This document shows, one piece after another, positions 28,203 to 41,964 of a DNA stretch of 64,000 bases. Position 1 is the first letter of the stretch. The number at the start of each line of letters is the position of its first letter. The DNA is from the human T2T-CHM13v2.0 reference genome, Homo sapiens. The notes under the pieces are model-generated. The model was given only the letters and a program-made list of their open reading frames with translations, made no database searches and had not been told where the DNA came from. The translations under genes were made by a program, and so were the position numbers. The DNA lies in NCBI RefSeq assembly GCF_009914755.1, contig NC_060945.1; one strand, written 5' to 3'.

Positions 28203-31200
28203 ATGTACAGTGCCGAAGACCTCCTGATCACTCATGGGTACAAACTGTTGAGAGACCTCCCAGCACCACGCAGGGATAACCCTGAGGGATGCCAGCCAGC
28301 AAAGACAAGGATGCGAGTGGTCTGTGGCCTGCTGAATAGGCATGAGGATGGCCCTGCGGCCTTTGCACATCATAAGACACCTGCTGGGAAAGGGCGTGGG
28401 AGTGACTCTGAAAGCTGCCGCGCCACACTGAGAGGCCACGGGGATCCCCAGAGCACTTCTGCTTCTAGAACCTCTGAGGCAGGGCTTCATAATCAACCAA
28501 CCCCAGACTGTTAATGACCAAGCCAACTGGAGAAGAGGAGCGCGGGAAGTCAGCAGCCTGCTGGGTCCGAGGGACCCAGAAGACCTGCAGGAATGACCCA
28601 AGCCCACAGTCCGCCCGTCCACATGAGGCAGCGTCCATAGGAAGTCAGAGGAAGGGCAGAGGATGTGACGAATAAGACAACTTGGGGCCGGGTGCAGTGG
28701 CTCACTTCTGTAATCCCAGCACTTTGGGAGGCTGAGAGGGGTGGATCACTTGAGGTCAGGAGTTCGAGACCAGCCTGGCCAACATGATGAAACCCCGTCT
28801 CTACTAAAAGTACAAAAATTAGCCTGGTGTGGTGGTGGGAGCCTGTAATCCCAGCTACTTGGGAGACTGAGGCAGGAGGATCGCTTGAACTCAGAAGGCA
28901 GGGGTTTGAGCTGAGAACACACCACTGCACTCAGCCTGGGCAACAGAGAGAAACTCGGTCTCAAATAAATAGATAAATAAGAAGGCAGCTTGGGAAGAAG
29001 AATTGAGAATGTTGGGTCCTGCCAAGTGGCTGAACGTCTGCAACCAGCCAAGGAAATTCAGGTGGCGGGTGTCTGATGGTGATGGGAAGAAATTATTTCA
29101 AGATCTGTTACTGTTCATTCAAGGAGAACACGTGTCGAATTCTCAAAACAAAGAGAAATCCCAATTATTGCCTAGAACTCTCCCCTCTCCCACCCCCATA
29201 GCCCTCCGACCCACAGCCTGAATTGCACAGAAATTTCCATTCCATTAAATGACAGACATTTACCTAAAATGTCACAGTATTCTCCCAATTATGCAACAAA
29301 TTTGAAATTCACAAGTGACCCTGAGAAGGGTGGCTCCTTGGCCTCTTTTCTTCAGCCTAAGTTTGGGAGACCCCTCAAGCCCCCATCTGACGGCTTGCAC
29401 CACCAGTCCCATAGGGAGTAGAAAGTGGTGACTATCAGGACAGCCAGCAGCGGATCCATAAGTCCCCAGGCATGAGCTCTGCATGTCTGACTTTGGATTG
29501 GAGCCTCCAGTAGGTACCTCCACCATCACACAGGTCCCCCCCCAGCACATCCCAAGCCCCTACTTGGAAGACACAGTGCTCACTCATATGTGGCATTCAC
29601 GGTCAGCAGCAGCCTCCAACTGAGAAGGCCGGGCTGGTGGTCGGCTTCCTTGTGGCCCCCTTGGAACTGGGCCCTGCAAACACCCTCTTACCTCAGGGCT
29701 CCCTCCACACCTCCAATCTGCCACTGCCCATGACAGCTTCATTCAGTACATTCCCTTTGATGAACCAAGGATATGACATATCAAACCAGCTCAACCCCAG
29801 GGTTTCTTTGAGGACACAAGGTTTGGTGATGAATCTTATAACTCCAGTCCTGTCACTGACCAAGAGCCAGCTCATGGAAAAATGCTGATGGTGCCATTTG
29901 GAATCCACAGAGCCTGATAGCCTTGTCAGGGAATAAGAGAGGCCCGGCCTTGGCTGATCCTAGCCCCTTGTGGCCATGGGTCCAGCTTCCCAGAAATAGA
30001 GAAAATGGTGGCTTTCCTGACCAAAGAGACAGCTGTGTCATGAGAGGATGGCAGCCTGACGTGAGGGGCAGCCCTCACAGACACGCAGAAAGCCAAGTTT
30101 CTTCCCCAAGCCCACAGGGCGAGGGCACTCATGAAACTCAAACCAAACTCAAAAAGTTTGAAACTGGGATTCGGACCAAGAAAAGTTCAAAGAAGTAAAT
30201 GAAAACCAAACAAAAAACAAGACTGTATTTTGTTTGATTTTCATCCCTGTGAAATCAGAATCACAGCTGCCAGATACAGGTACGGACAACAATGACTTAA
30301 ATCTGAGTGGGTCTGATGAGAGCACAGCTCTGCAACCACAGAGTCTGCTGAGCATGTCCTCCAGCGACCTGGGGCTGCAGGCTGTCACAGGAAGCATGGG
30401 TGGGAGAATGGAGCTCCAGAAACAAGATCTGGGGGTGGGGATCAGAAGAAGATAAAGCAATCAATGACCTTGGATTCATTTACCTTACAAAGCACAGTGA
30501 ACTCCAGCATTCTGGCTCTTGGCCAGGGCACCAGTACAGAGATCAGCAAACACAAACCAGTTTCCCCAAAGAATCCCAAAGCTCGCAGCTCCTTCCTGTT
30601 GCAAAGCTGGGAGGGTCTAGTGTGTCCCTGACTCCAAAATGTTTGGACCCTGCTGCCTCCGAAGCTCAGATGCACACGGCAGTCCCTTCTGGTGACCACA
30701 AATAGAGGTGAAGTGCCTGCAACCTGAAAGGTCACAGGTCCCTCAGCCCAGCCGGCAACAGTGCTTTTCCAAGGACTTCCTTGTCCATAAATCAGGCACT
30801 GATGACAAAAGCAGGCTGAAGTCAGCCCTGTGTGGGTGTCTGTGGGCATGCAGTCCATCCCGGCCCAAGTGGGAGGTGGTGAAGGAGGTACCCACATGTC
30901 TGTGCAACAGCAAACAATGATTTGGGCGTTTTCTCCTGACACCAGTCAGCCATTGTGCCTGGGCTTATTAAGTTAACAAGTAAGTTTTAACAAGGAGCTT
31001 CAAGAAGACAAAGAAGGAAGACAAAGAAAACAGCTGCTGCGGCAATGAGGAAACGGAGGCGGAACAGCAGCAGGAAAACTGTGCTGACCCCAGACTGGAG
31101 AATTCAGGCTTCTGTGCAAACAGCCCGGAAATGAGTTGAGCAACAGCCAAGGATGTGGGTGCTGGAGGACCCTGGGTTTAGTTGGGAAAAGGTAGACATA

Positions 31201-32475
31201 AGTCTGAGAGCTGAGGTGAGGAGCTGGAACCTGGCCACCTGCGTGTCTGGCCTCTGTCCCTGGGTCCCTCTCAGGTGGAGACGACAGCCATGCATCCTCC
31301 GGGCAGCAGATGAAAGCTTGAGAGCAGAAGAGAGACACCAGAAGGTTGGCAATGGAGGTAATGAGCCCAGGTCCTGCAAAGAGAGTGATGTCTTCAAGAT
31401 CAAGTGACACAAAACCAGTGCCCCTCTCCTATCCGGCTGAGCCAAGGCGTCCCAGGAAAGTCAGAAACTTACCAGCACTTTCAGTTCCGTGAAACTGAGT
31501 GAAGTGGCCCCTTGGAAGGTTGATAGTGGTGGAGAGAGGGACACAGTGCTCCCGCTGTCCCTGACTAACCAGAACCGAGGGCTCTTGGCACCAGACTTTA
31601 CAGGCTATGGTGTTCACCACAGGGCAAGAGTAGAGTGAGCCAGCAAGCTAGAGGGGTCTTTGAGGGAAGTGGATGCAATAGAAACCCTCCAGGCAAGTCC
31701 CTGCAAGTGAGGGCTGTGAGGATCCTGGGCATTGAATGGCGGTGGCATTTCTCCTGCCAGTGCCCTGAGGGTGGAGGCAGAACCAGCCTCCCTGAGGTGA
31801 GCGTCTGCAGCCCAGAGGCCCCCAGGCAAGAGTCGCTGTCCAGCTCAGCACTGGCTGATGGCCTTATGGTGTCCACTGGTGCCTTTTATGGCAGGAGAAA
31901 GTGTGGCTGGACTGAAAGCCCTCTCTTGGTAGGGGAAGGGAACAGTGCCACGTGGGCTCCCCAGGCTTCTGAGCACTCAGACCTCACTTAGGGTTGTCAC
32001 CAATGGAGCTTCCAGCCTTGAGTCTCAGGCTAACCCCTTGGAGTCCAAGTCCTTAAAGGAAGTGGGGGCAAAACTGCCCTTCATATTCACTTTGTTCTAC
32101 TTCATAGAGAGGACTCCAAGTGTAGCAGACTCAGAAAAGAGGCTCAGAAGTGCTTTCAAAGTGATTGAAAGTTCGCAAGAGAAACTGGCTTCCCCCTGGC
32201 CAGGAGAGCAGACCCTGCCACCTGATGAGAATGGAAGAGGTGTGTTGAGTGTCTATTGAGCTTCAGGAGTGCTGACTCCCTGGAGGAGGTGGAGGGACTG
32301 AAGGCTTGGAGGGGCCAGGTCCACCTCCCAGAAGGCTCTGTGTCTCTGAGAGGCAGGGACGACAGGTTCAGAGTTGGCCACTCACTATCTTTCTCCAAGG
32401 ATGGTATCTCACGGGAAGAAAATGAGCATCTGGTGTCCAGATTCGTATGACCCTAGCAGAGAGGAGAGACTGTGA
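28203..32475 (+). pseudogene. Processed pseudogene (retrocopy) of JCAD/KIAA1462, junctional cadherin 5 associated protein
   Basis: Collinear fragments match recalled JCAD: MYSAEDLLITHGYKL (JCAD MYSVEDLLISHGYKL), TQTKLKKFETGIRTKKSSKK, QSLLSMSSSDLGLQAVTGSMGG, SGSWPGHQYRDQQTQTSF, AFYGRRKCGWTESPL, and C-terminal PDSYDPSREERL* (JCAD PDSYDPSRVERV). No introns; many stops and frameshifts (first stop TAA at 28512-28514). Confidence 0.95.
28686..28978 (+). mobile_element. Alu (AluS) inserted in the JCAD retrocopy
   Basis: TSD aataagacaacttgg/aagaaggcagcttgg duplicates the codons corresponding to JCAD KKPVW. Confidence 0.95.
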
Positions 32476-32739
32476 TGAGATGCCAGTGACGCTTGCGTGC
32501 GTTTGCTGATGGAGTATTCTCTTATTTGTTGTTGTTTTCTTTTCCTTTTCTCTTTCTTCACTGTTCATCTGCAAGAGCATTCTCTGATTCCGTCTATGTA
32601 GGATCTGGAAACTGCTGGTTTTTAATGTACTGATGACATTCTTTACCACTGTCACTAGGAAACTTACCATCCACACAGAATTGCTTTGTGGAGATAAAGC
32701 AATAGTCCGTTGAAATAATCCTTTTTTAAAAAATTAAAT

Positions 32740-33042
<303 letters not shown>

Positions 33043-33049
33043 CTTTATT

Positions 33050-33176
33050 AAATTTTAAAAAATAAATGAGACGAGGTCTCACTGTGTTGCTCAGGCTGGT
33101 CTCGACTCCTGAGCTCTAGTAATCTGCTAGCCTCCCAAAGTGCTAGGAGTATAGGCGTTAGCCACCATGCCCGGCT
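33050..33176 (-). mobile_element. Alu left monomer (FLAM-like)
   Basis: Reverse left-arm sequence. Confidence 0.8.
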
Positions 33177-33394
33177 GAAATCATTTTTTATAGCATGAAG
33201 ATTTAATGCCTATAATTAGGAAAGAGTTTTCACAGAAACCCTCCTTCATGAAGGATTTGGCCAAACTGGCAAATAGTTTGGTGTTTCTGTGGTTCTGTGT
33301 GAAAATTTAGACACAGAAGATCTAGTGAACGATTTTAAAGGACTGTGAATGCCACACATTCTCCTTCGTGTCTCCGTGCCCTGTGGCCCATGCT

Positions 33395-33998
<604 letters not shown>

Positions 33999-34269
33999 TG
34001 ACGTGCTTGGCTTCTGTGATTCTTTCCGTTCCTACCTCTCCCTCCATCTCTGCCTTTCCTTTCACTTTTCACCCTTTAAATAGGAAAATTTCTGAAGGAC
34101 CAGTCCGTGGCTCTCTATTCTTCTCCATTGATTCTTTCTTCTTTGGCAATTTCTTTCATTTTCATGGTTTTGCTATAGATCCTGATGATTCTCAAGTCCT
34201 GTGTTAGCGAGGCTATTGGTTGCAAAGGTTGGGGCCTCCCTCAAGCCACCTTTAAAAAAGGATGCTTAC

Positions 34270-34850
34270 CCCTGCACATCATTTAGAATGGCTACTATAA
34301 AAAACCCAGAAAATAACAAGTGTTAGTGAGGGTGTGGAGAACTGTTAGTGAGAATGTTAAATGGTGCAGCTGCTACGGACAGTGGTAAGGAGATTCCTCA
34401 AAAAATTAAAAATAGAATTATCGTATGATCCAGCAATTCCAGTTCTGGGTATATGCCCAAAAGAATGGAAAGCAGAGTCCTGAAGAGGCATTTGTACACC
34501 TGTGTTCTAAGCAACATTATTCACAATAGCCAAAAGGTGGCACCAACACAGATGTCCATCAATGGATGAATGGATAAACACAATGTGGAATGCCCATACA
34601 ACAGACTATTATTCAAACGTTCAAAAGAAAGGAAGCTCTGTCACATGCTACAATATGAATGAACCTTGAGAACACACTAAGTGAAATAAGCCCGTTACAA
34701 CAGGATGAGTGCTGTATGATAAGTGGAATCATACAGTACGTTGTATGAGTCATCAAATGGAGACAGCGAGTGGAATGGTTGTTGCAAGGGGTCATTATAG
34801 TTTAATGTGTATAGAGTTTTAGTTTTGCAAGATGAGAGTTCTGGAGATAC
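34270..34850 (+). mobile_element. L1MB-type 3' fragment
   Basis: agaatggctactataaaaa...gatccagcaattcc...ggatgaatggataaac motifs. Confidence 0.85.
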
Positions 34851-35010
34851 GATCATAAAGAGCAAACAAGGCTGAGAAGACCCACTTGTGTGCGAGTGCT
34901 GAGGGTAGTTTTTTAGGGTACAGGCTGAGAAAGCACCCCAAAATGTACTGACTACACCCAGAATTCAAAGCACCTGCAGGATGTCTCCATGTGGATGTCC
35001 TGCAGGTACT

Positions 35011-35216
<206 letters not shown>

Positions 35217-35679
35217 TTAACTCATCTTGATTCCAAAGCAATTTTCATCTTGATGCCAATATCTAATCTTTCAGCCTTTCAGCCATTGTGCCCTGGCACT
35301 GTCTTAAAAACTTTTTTCTTGTTACAAAAGCAACATATGTTCATATTTTTTAAAGAAGATATAGATAAGTAAAAAATAAACATAAAATAATTTATAATCT
35401 CTGTGCCCAGAAATAGCCATTAATATCATTGTAACGTATCTTGCCATTATTTTTCTACACAATCATCAGAACTTCATGTACATGTAGCATGTTCTTATCC
35501 ATGCTATCCAAGTCTTTGCTTATTCGTCCGACTATGTCCACATGCCTGAGTCTTACTTGTAGGTTAAGACCCAGCTTGAGGTCACGTCTGTCATTAAGCT
35601 TTACTCACTATTGCCATCAGAGAGTATTTACTACTCCATACTTGACCTCTCAGAGCATTTTAACTAACCTTTCTCGTGA

Positions 35680-36034
<355 letters not shown>

Positions 36035-36199
36035 TAATTTTTTAAAGCCATAGGATTCTGTTCAAATGGGTCCCTAGCATAAAAAATCAGATGGAAAGAG
36101 AGCTGCTCTGACTGTAGTTACAGAGACCTTGAACCCCAAGGGGACTAAATTCAGAGCTCGGGTTGAAAGCCCTGTACTAGATTGCAGGATTTTTAGAAA

Positions 36200-36870
36200 A
36201 TACATTTTATTGAGGTTTAATTCATCCAGCAATATGCACCCTTTTTGAGTGCACGGTTTGATGAGTTCTGACAAGTGTGTATAACCAATGCCCCTGTCAA
36301 GACACAGATTATTCCTGTCATGCTGTAAAGCTCTCTTCTCCTGTGCAGCTAATCCCTCCCTTCCACAGGACCCCAGGCTACCGCTGCTGTTTTCTGACAT
36401 TACGGATTAGATTTTCCTTTCCTGGAACTGCATGGGAATGAGTACAACAGCTATTTCCTCTTTTTGTGCCTGGGTTCTCTTCCTCCACATGTGTTTGAGA
36501 CTCACCTGTAATGTCGTTAATATCAGTAGTTTGTTCCTTCTTTTAAATTTATTTTTTATGTTATTCATTTATTTTTAAGATTTTTTTAAAAAACTTACAT
36601 TTTAAATTTTTTATTTTTTATTTTATTTATTTTAATTTTATTTATTTTTAATTGAATGAATTTAATTTTTAAATTTAAATTTTAGTTTTTTATTTTTATT
36701 TTTTATATACATAAATTTGTTCCTTCTTGCTGAGTGTGGCATTACCAGTTTGTTTACTCACACTCGACATTTGAGTCATTGCCAGTTTTGGGGTATTTTG
36801 AATAAAGCTGCCACAGACATTTGTGGATAAGTCTTTTTGAGTATGAATGTTTTTATTTCTCCTCAGTAGA
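36200..36870 (-). mobile_element. Old L1 (L1MB/ME) 3' fragment with AT-rich insert at 36540-36720
   Basis: ttttattgaggtttaattc...gtttgatgagttctgacaag...aataaagctgcc motifs. Confidence 0.65.
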
Positions 36871-37035
36871 TGTCAAGTAAAACTTGAGATGATAGGTTTC
36901 TGAAAATAGAATCCATGTCTCTTTCATTTTTGTGATCCAGAGCGCACTGCATTGAGCCAGTGTTAAATGAACTTCTTGGTAAGAAAAGGGAAGGAATATT
37001 TAGTAAATGTTTACTAATTGCCAGCTACTTTTTAA

Positions 37036-37461
<426 letters not shown>

Positions 37462-37740
37462 TAAGTAGCCTGCCTAGGAGCACACAGCTAATAAGTTAAT
37501 AGAGCTAGGATTCAAACCCTCTGTTGGACTCCAAAGGCCAGGTTTATTTCTTAGTATTATTTTTGGCTGCCTGTTGAATCAGCTAAGTTGATTTAACATG
37601 TGGGAGAGTCCGTAAATTCTCCCGAGAGCCTCTGTGGGCTCAGCAGAGCCTTTCTGGCCATTGAAGTAGGTCAGGTCCTGCTACAGTGAAGTTTAGGAGT
37701 CAGTCTTTAACTCTGGGACATTGTCCATTCTGTCGTATCA

Positions 37741-37971
<231 letters not shown>

Positions 37972-38623
37972 TCACCTGAATTTTCCTTGTTATCAACCTT
38001 TTGCTGGTAAGCCACTAATTAATTGTCACCTGTGGAAATTTAGACGAATTTTCTAGCTTTTTATGTGTTGTTGACTCACAATAAACAACACTTCCACAAA
38101 ATCTATGGGCTTTTCTGGAGGCCTTTTCTTGAGCGATGGGACTCTTGTTGAAAAGGAACTTTGAGGGGTTCAGCGTTCTTTACAATTTCCTATCAATTCA
38201 TCTCCTCCAGGTGGGGAGGCCTGTAGAAGAGAGTTGTGAACAGAGTGCTGTGTGGCACCCAACACCATAGATATGGCAGGGTGGACTGGAAATGGGGTCG
38301 ATGCACAGCTGGGATGCTCTGGTTTGTCCACAGTGATTCCCACAATATTGAAATGCTTTTGTTTCTGTAGGTAAACAGCAGGCTGCCCTGGCTCCTCCCC
38401 TAGAGCTCTCTCCTCTCCAACATCTTATGCTCCAGCAATGAAAGCGTTGGCACCCATCTCCGCAGGGGGCCTCTGGACCCTGTGCCAATGCCCTGGCCAC
38501 CGTCCATTCTCACTGCTTGGTCCCATGACACCAAATTGTTAAATAGTTGGCTATTGACCTCTTGGCTAAAAGTTATTTTCAAAACAGAAATGTACAGGCA
38601 ACAGGCCAATCACATTCTTAATT

Positions 38624-39319
38624 TGTAACCACCCAAGGGGTTCACCTTGCCCACTGCCTAGAGAGCCGATTCATCAAGACAGGGGAATTGCAATAGAGAA
38701 AGAGTAATTCACAGAGAGCCGGCTGTGCGGGAGACCAGAGCTTTATTATTACTCAAATCAGTCTCCCCGAGCATTCGGGGAGCAGAATTTTTAAGGATAA
38801 CTTGGTGGGCGGGGGGAAGCCAGTGAACTAGGAATGCTGATTGGTCAGGGAGGAAATCACAAGGCGTCGGAGCTGTCTTCTGGCGCTGAGTCAGTTCCTG
38901 AGTGGGAGCCACAAGATAAGGTGAGCCAGTTGATCGATCTGGGTGGTGCCAGCTGATCCATCCAGTGCAGGGTCTGCAAAGTATCTCAAGCCCTGATCGT
39001 AGGAGCAGTTTGGGGAGGGTCAGAATCTTGTAGCCTCCAGCTGCATGACTCCTAAACCTTAATTTCTAATTTTGTGGCTAATGTTGGTCCTACAAAGGCA
39101 ATCTAGTCCCCAGGCAAGAAGGAGGTCTGCTTTGGGAAAGGGCTGTTGCCATCTTTGTTTAAACTATAAACTATAAACTGTAAACTAAGTTTCTCCCAAA
39201 GTTAGTTCAGCCTATGCCCAGGAATGAACAAGGACAGCTTGGAGGTGAGAAGCAAGATGAGGCCCGTTAAGTTAGATCTCTTTCACTGGCTCAGTCATCG
39301 TTTTGCAAAGGCAGCTTCA
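38624..39319 (-). mobile_element. ERV1 solo LTR, LTR8-like
   Basis: Termini tgtaacc...ttttgcaaaggcagcttca match the reverse complement of the recalled LTR8 start TGAAACCGCCTTTGCAAAA. Confidence 0.8.
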
Positions 39320-39357
39320 ATCTCACTTTCCATTATTCTTATCTCACTCTTCATTGG

Positions 39358-40008
39358 AGTAGTCCTCCCTTATTTGTGGTTTCACTTTCCATGGTTTCTG
39401 TTACCTGCAATAAATGGAGGTCTGAAAATGGGTGAGTGTAGCGCAGTAAGATATCTTGAGGGTGGGCACAATGGCTCATGCCTGCAATCCCAGCACTTTG
39501 GGAGGCTGAGGCGGGAGGATTGCTTGAGTATAGGAGTTTGAGACCAGCAGGGCAACATAGTGACATTTCTCCACAAAAAATAAATTTTAAAAAATTAGCT
39601 GGGTGTGATGATGCATTCTTGTAGTCCCAGCTACTCGGAAAACCGAGGTGGGATGATCACTGGAGCTCAGAAAGTCAAGGCGTCAGTGAACTATGATCGC
39701 AGGACTGCGCTCCAGCCTGGGCAACAGAGCAAGACCCTGTCTCTCTTAAAAAAAAAAAAGATATTTTGAGAGAGAGAGAGAGAGAGACTGCATTCGCATA
39801 AATTTTATTGCAGTATATTGTTATAATTGCTTTATTTTTTTATGAGTAATTGTTGTTAATCTCTTGTGCCTAACTTATAAATTAAACTTTATCACAGGTA
39901 TGTATAGATAGGAGAAAACAGAATATACAGGGTTCAGTACTATCCAAGGTTTCAAGTATCCACTGGGTGTTTTGGAACATATCCCCTTTGGATAAGGGGG
40001 ATCACCGT
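39358..40008 (+). mobile_element. MER44-type (Tigger7-derived) DNA transposon interrupted by an AluJ
   Basis: Degenerate TIRs agtagtcctcccttat / ataagggggatcaccg; internal MER44 motifs. Confidence 0.8.
39460..39759 (+). mobile_element. Alu (AluJ)
   Basis: TSD aagatat(c/t)ttgag. Confidence 0.9.
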
Positions 40009-40112
40009 ATGACAAAAGCCATTGTTTTTTGTTTTGATTCTGATCTTTCTGATTCCTACATATACTTTAAGCACAAACAATTTGGTTAAAGTCTATTTCC
40101 AAGTTTCTGTGG

Positions 40113-40603
40113 TGTAGAGGAGGAAAATTTTAGTTTCCCTCTGCTCTTCACAGTTATTATTTGGGATGGACTCCTGTAACAAAAGACAGATTAACAAGAG
40201 AAAGACAAATGGAAGTTTATTAACATGCATGCCTCCTGTGTATGTGATAGATACCCAGAGAGATGAGTCAGTCTCAAAGAGGAGACTTTGAATTCAGGCT
40301 TAAATATTTAATACCATCTTCAGCTGTCACAAAGAAAGGTGTTGCTGGCAGGTGTGGGGAGGTAACCAGGAAAAGCAGTCAAAAAGGGTAAGGTTTGTTA
40401 TGCAGATTCGAGTCATCCTTGTCTTCCTGGTACAGAGGGGGAGGCACCCTCATAAATGGAGGGCTCCTTTACAGAAGTAAATTTCCCTTACAAAAGGGTA
40501 ACTGCCTCTGTGTTCTCAGGGCTTCTTCTGTGTCAGCAGTTTCTCAAGATAATCCTTATGCCCAAAAGGCATATTTTGGTGGGGGCAGGTTGTGGTCTCC
40601 TAC
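40113..40603 (-). mobile_element. ERV1 LTR (MER34-like)
   Basis: tgtagagg...aacaaaagacagattaacaagagaaaa...tctcctaca. Confidence 0.6.
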
Positions 40604-40818
40604 ACTGGTCATGCCAAAGCACTGGCAAACATTATAGTGTAGCAGTTATGAGCATGGATTTTAGGATCTGACAAGCTTCAATTTTGATTTCTGGCTCTGT
40701 TACTTCCTAGCATGGTGATCTTTGACAAGTTATGGCAAGTCATACAACTTTTGTAATGCCTCAGTTTTCTCACCTGTAAAATGAATATGATAATATCTAC
40801 TTCATAATTATTAGAGAT

Positions 40819-41500
40819 TGTTAGCAGCAGTGAATCCTTATGGGTCTGCAGCAAACTCAATTCTTGCTTCCTCAGAAGAAAGAATTTGACGGAAGGACAT
40901 AAGGCAGAGGGAGAGACCGAGGCAAGTCTTAGAGTAGGAGTGAAAGCTTATGAAAAATTTTTAGGGGAAGAATGAAAGGAAGTGAAGTGTCCTTGGAAGA
41001 GGGCCAAGTGGGAGAGACAAGAGCACTGTTTGACTTTTGACTTGGGGTTTCACATGCTGGCTTGCTTCTGGTGTCTTGCTTCTCTTCTTTCCTTATTCTT
41101 CCCTTGGGGTGGGCTGTCCACCTGTGCTGTGACCTGCCAGCACTTGGGAGGGGCTGCGTGTACAGTGTTTACTGGAGTTGTATGCATGCTCACTTGAGGC
41201 ATTCTTCCCTTACCAGCCAAGTGTTCCTAGAGGAAGATCATGTGCCACTTAACGCCGCCATTTTGCCTTCTAGTGCGCATGCTTGAGCCCACTCGTCCAA
41301 CTCCTGAGATCTTCTCCAGAAGCTGCTGATTACCAGTTTCAGGTTTTTTCTTTCTACTGGGAGACTGCCTTTCCCTGGCGCTAGCTATTGTTTTAGTGCT
41401 TAACAACCGCCTGGCCATCAACTTATGGTTGCCTGACATTCCTGGTGTGATGGGGCCCTCTTCTGCCCTGCTCATGTCTGCCCGACTACCTACTGCAATA
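40819..41500 (-). mobile_element. ERV1 LTR, MER50-like, adjoining a MIR (40620-40818)
   Basis: End ccctgctcatgtctgcccgactacctac is the reverse complement of the recalled MER50 start. Confidence 0.7.
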
Positions 41501-41964
41501 AGATCACGGAGGGGATGGGTGCAAAGACCTTGCCCCAAGTGCTCCCTGCATGCTGGCTGTGTTACACATTTCAGGGGAATTTTTATAGATTCATTCAATG
41601 CTGAGTGTTACTTTCTTCAGATATTGGAAGCTGTAACTGTTAATTCCAAAAGAGCTGCTTCTTTTGCTTTAAAGTGACTTCATTTTGCATGAGTTGATTT
41701 CAGCTCCATGCCTGTCTTCTTTTTTTGAATGGAGAACTTCTTTCCCAAAGAAGCAGTTGATTTTAAATAACAGAAAAAACAACTTGTAAAGGTGAAGAAA
41801 CAAACTTAAGGCTTGAGTTTTGAACTTAGGGTTTCAACTTCCTTTGCCTATAAGTAGGAAGGATGGAGATGGCCACTATGTACCTTGCATATAAAATCAG
41901 TTGAACAGAAAAAAGTGCAGCTTTTCTGGGCAGAAGAAACAGCGATCATCTTGGGGACAAGATC

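Noticed and set aside
28203-32475. Functional JCAD gene or segmental duplicate
   Set aside because: Multiple stops and frameshifts, an Alu in the CDS and no introns indicate a disabled retrocopy.
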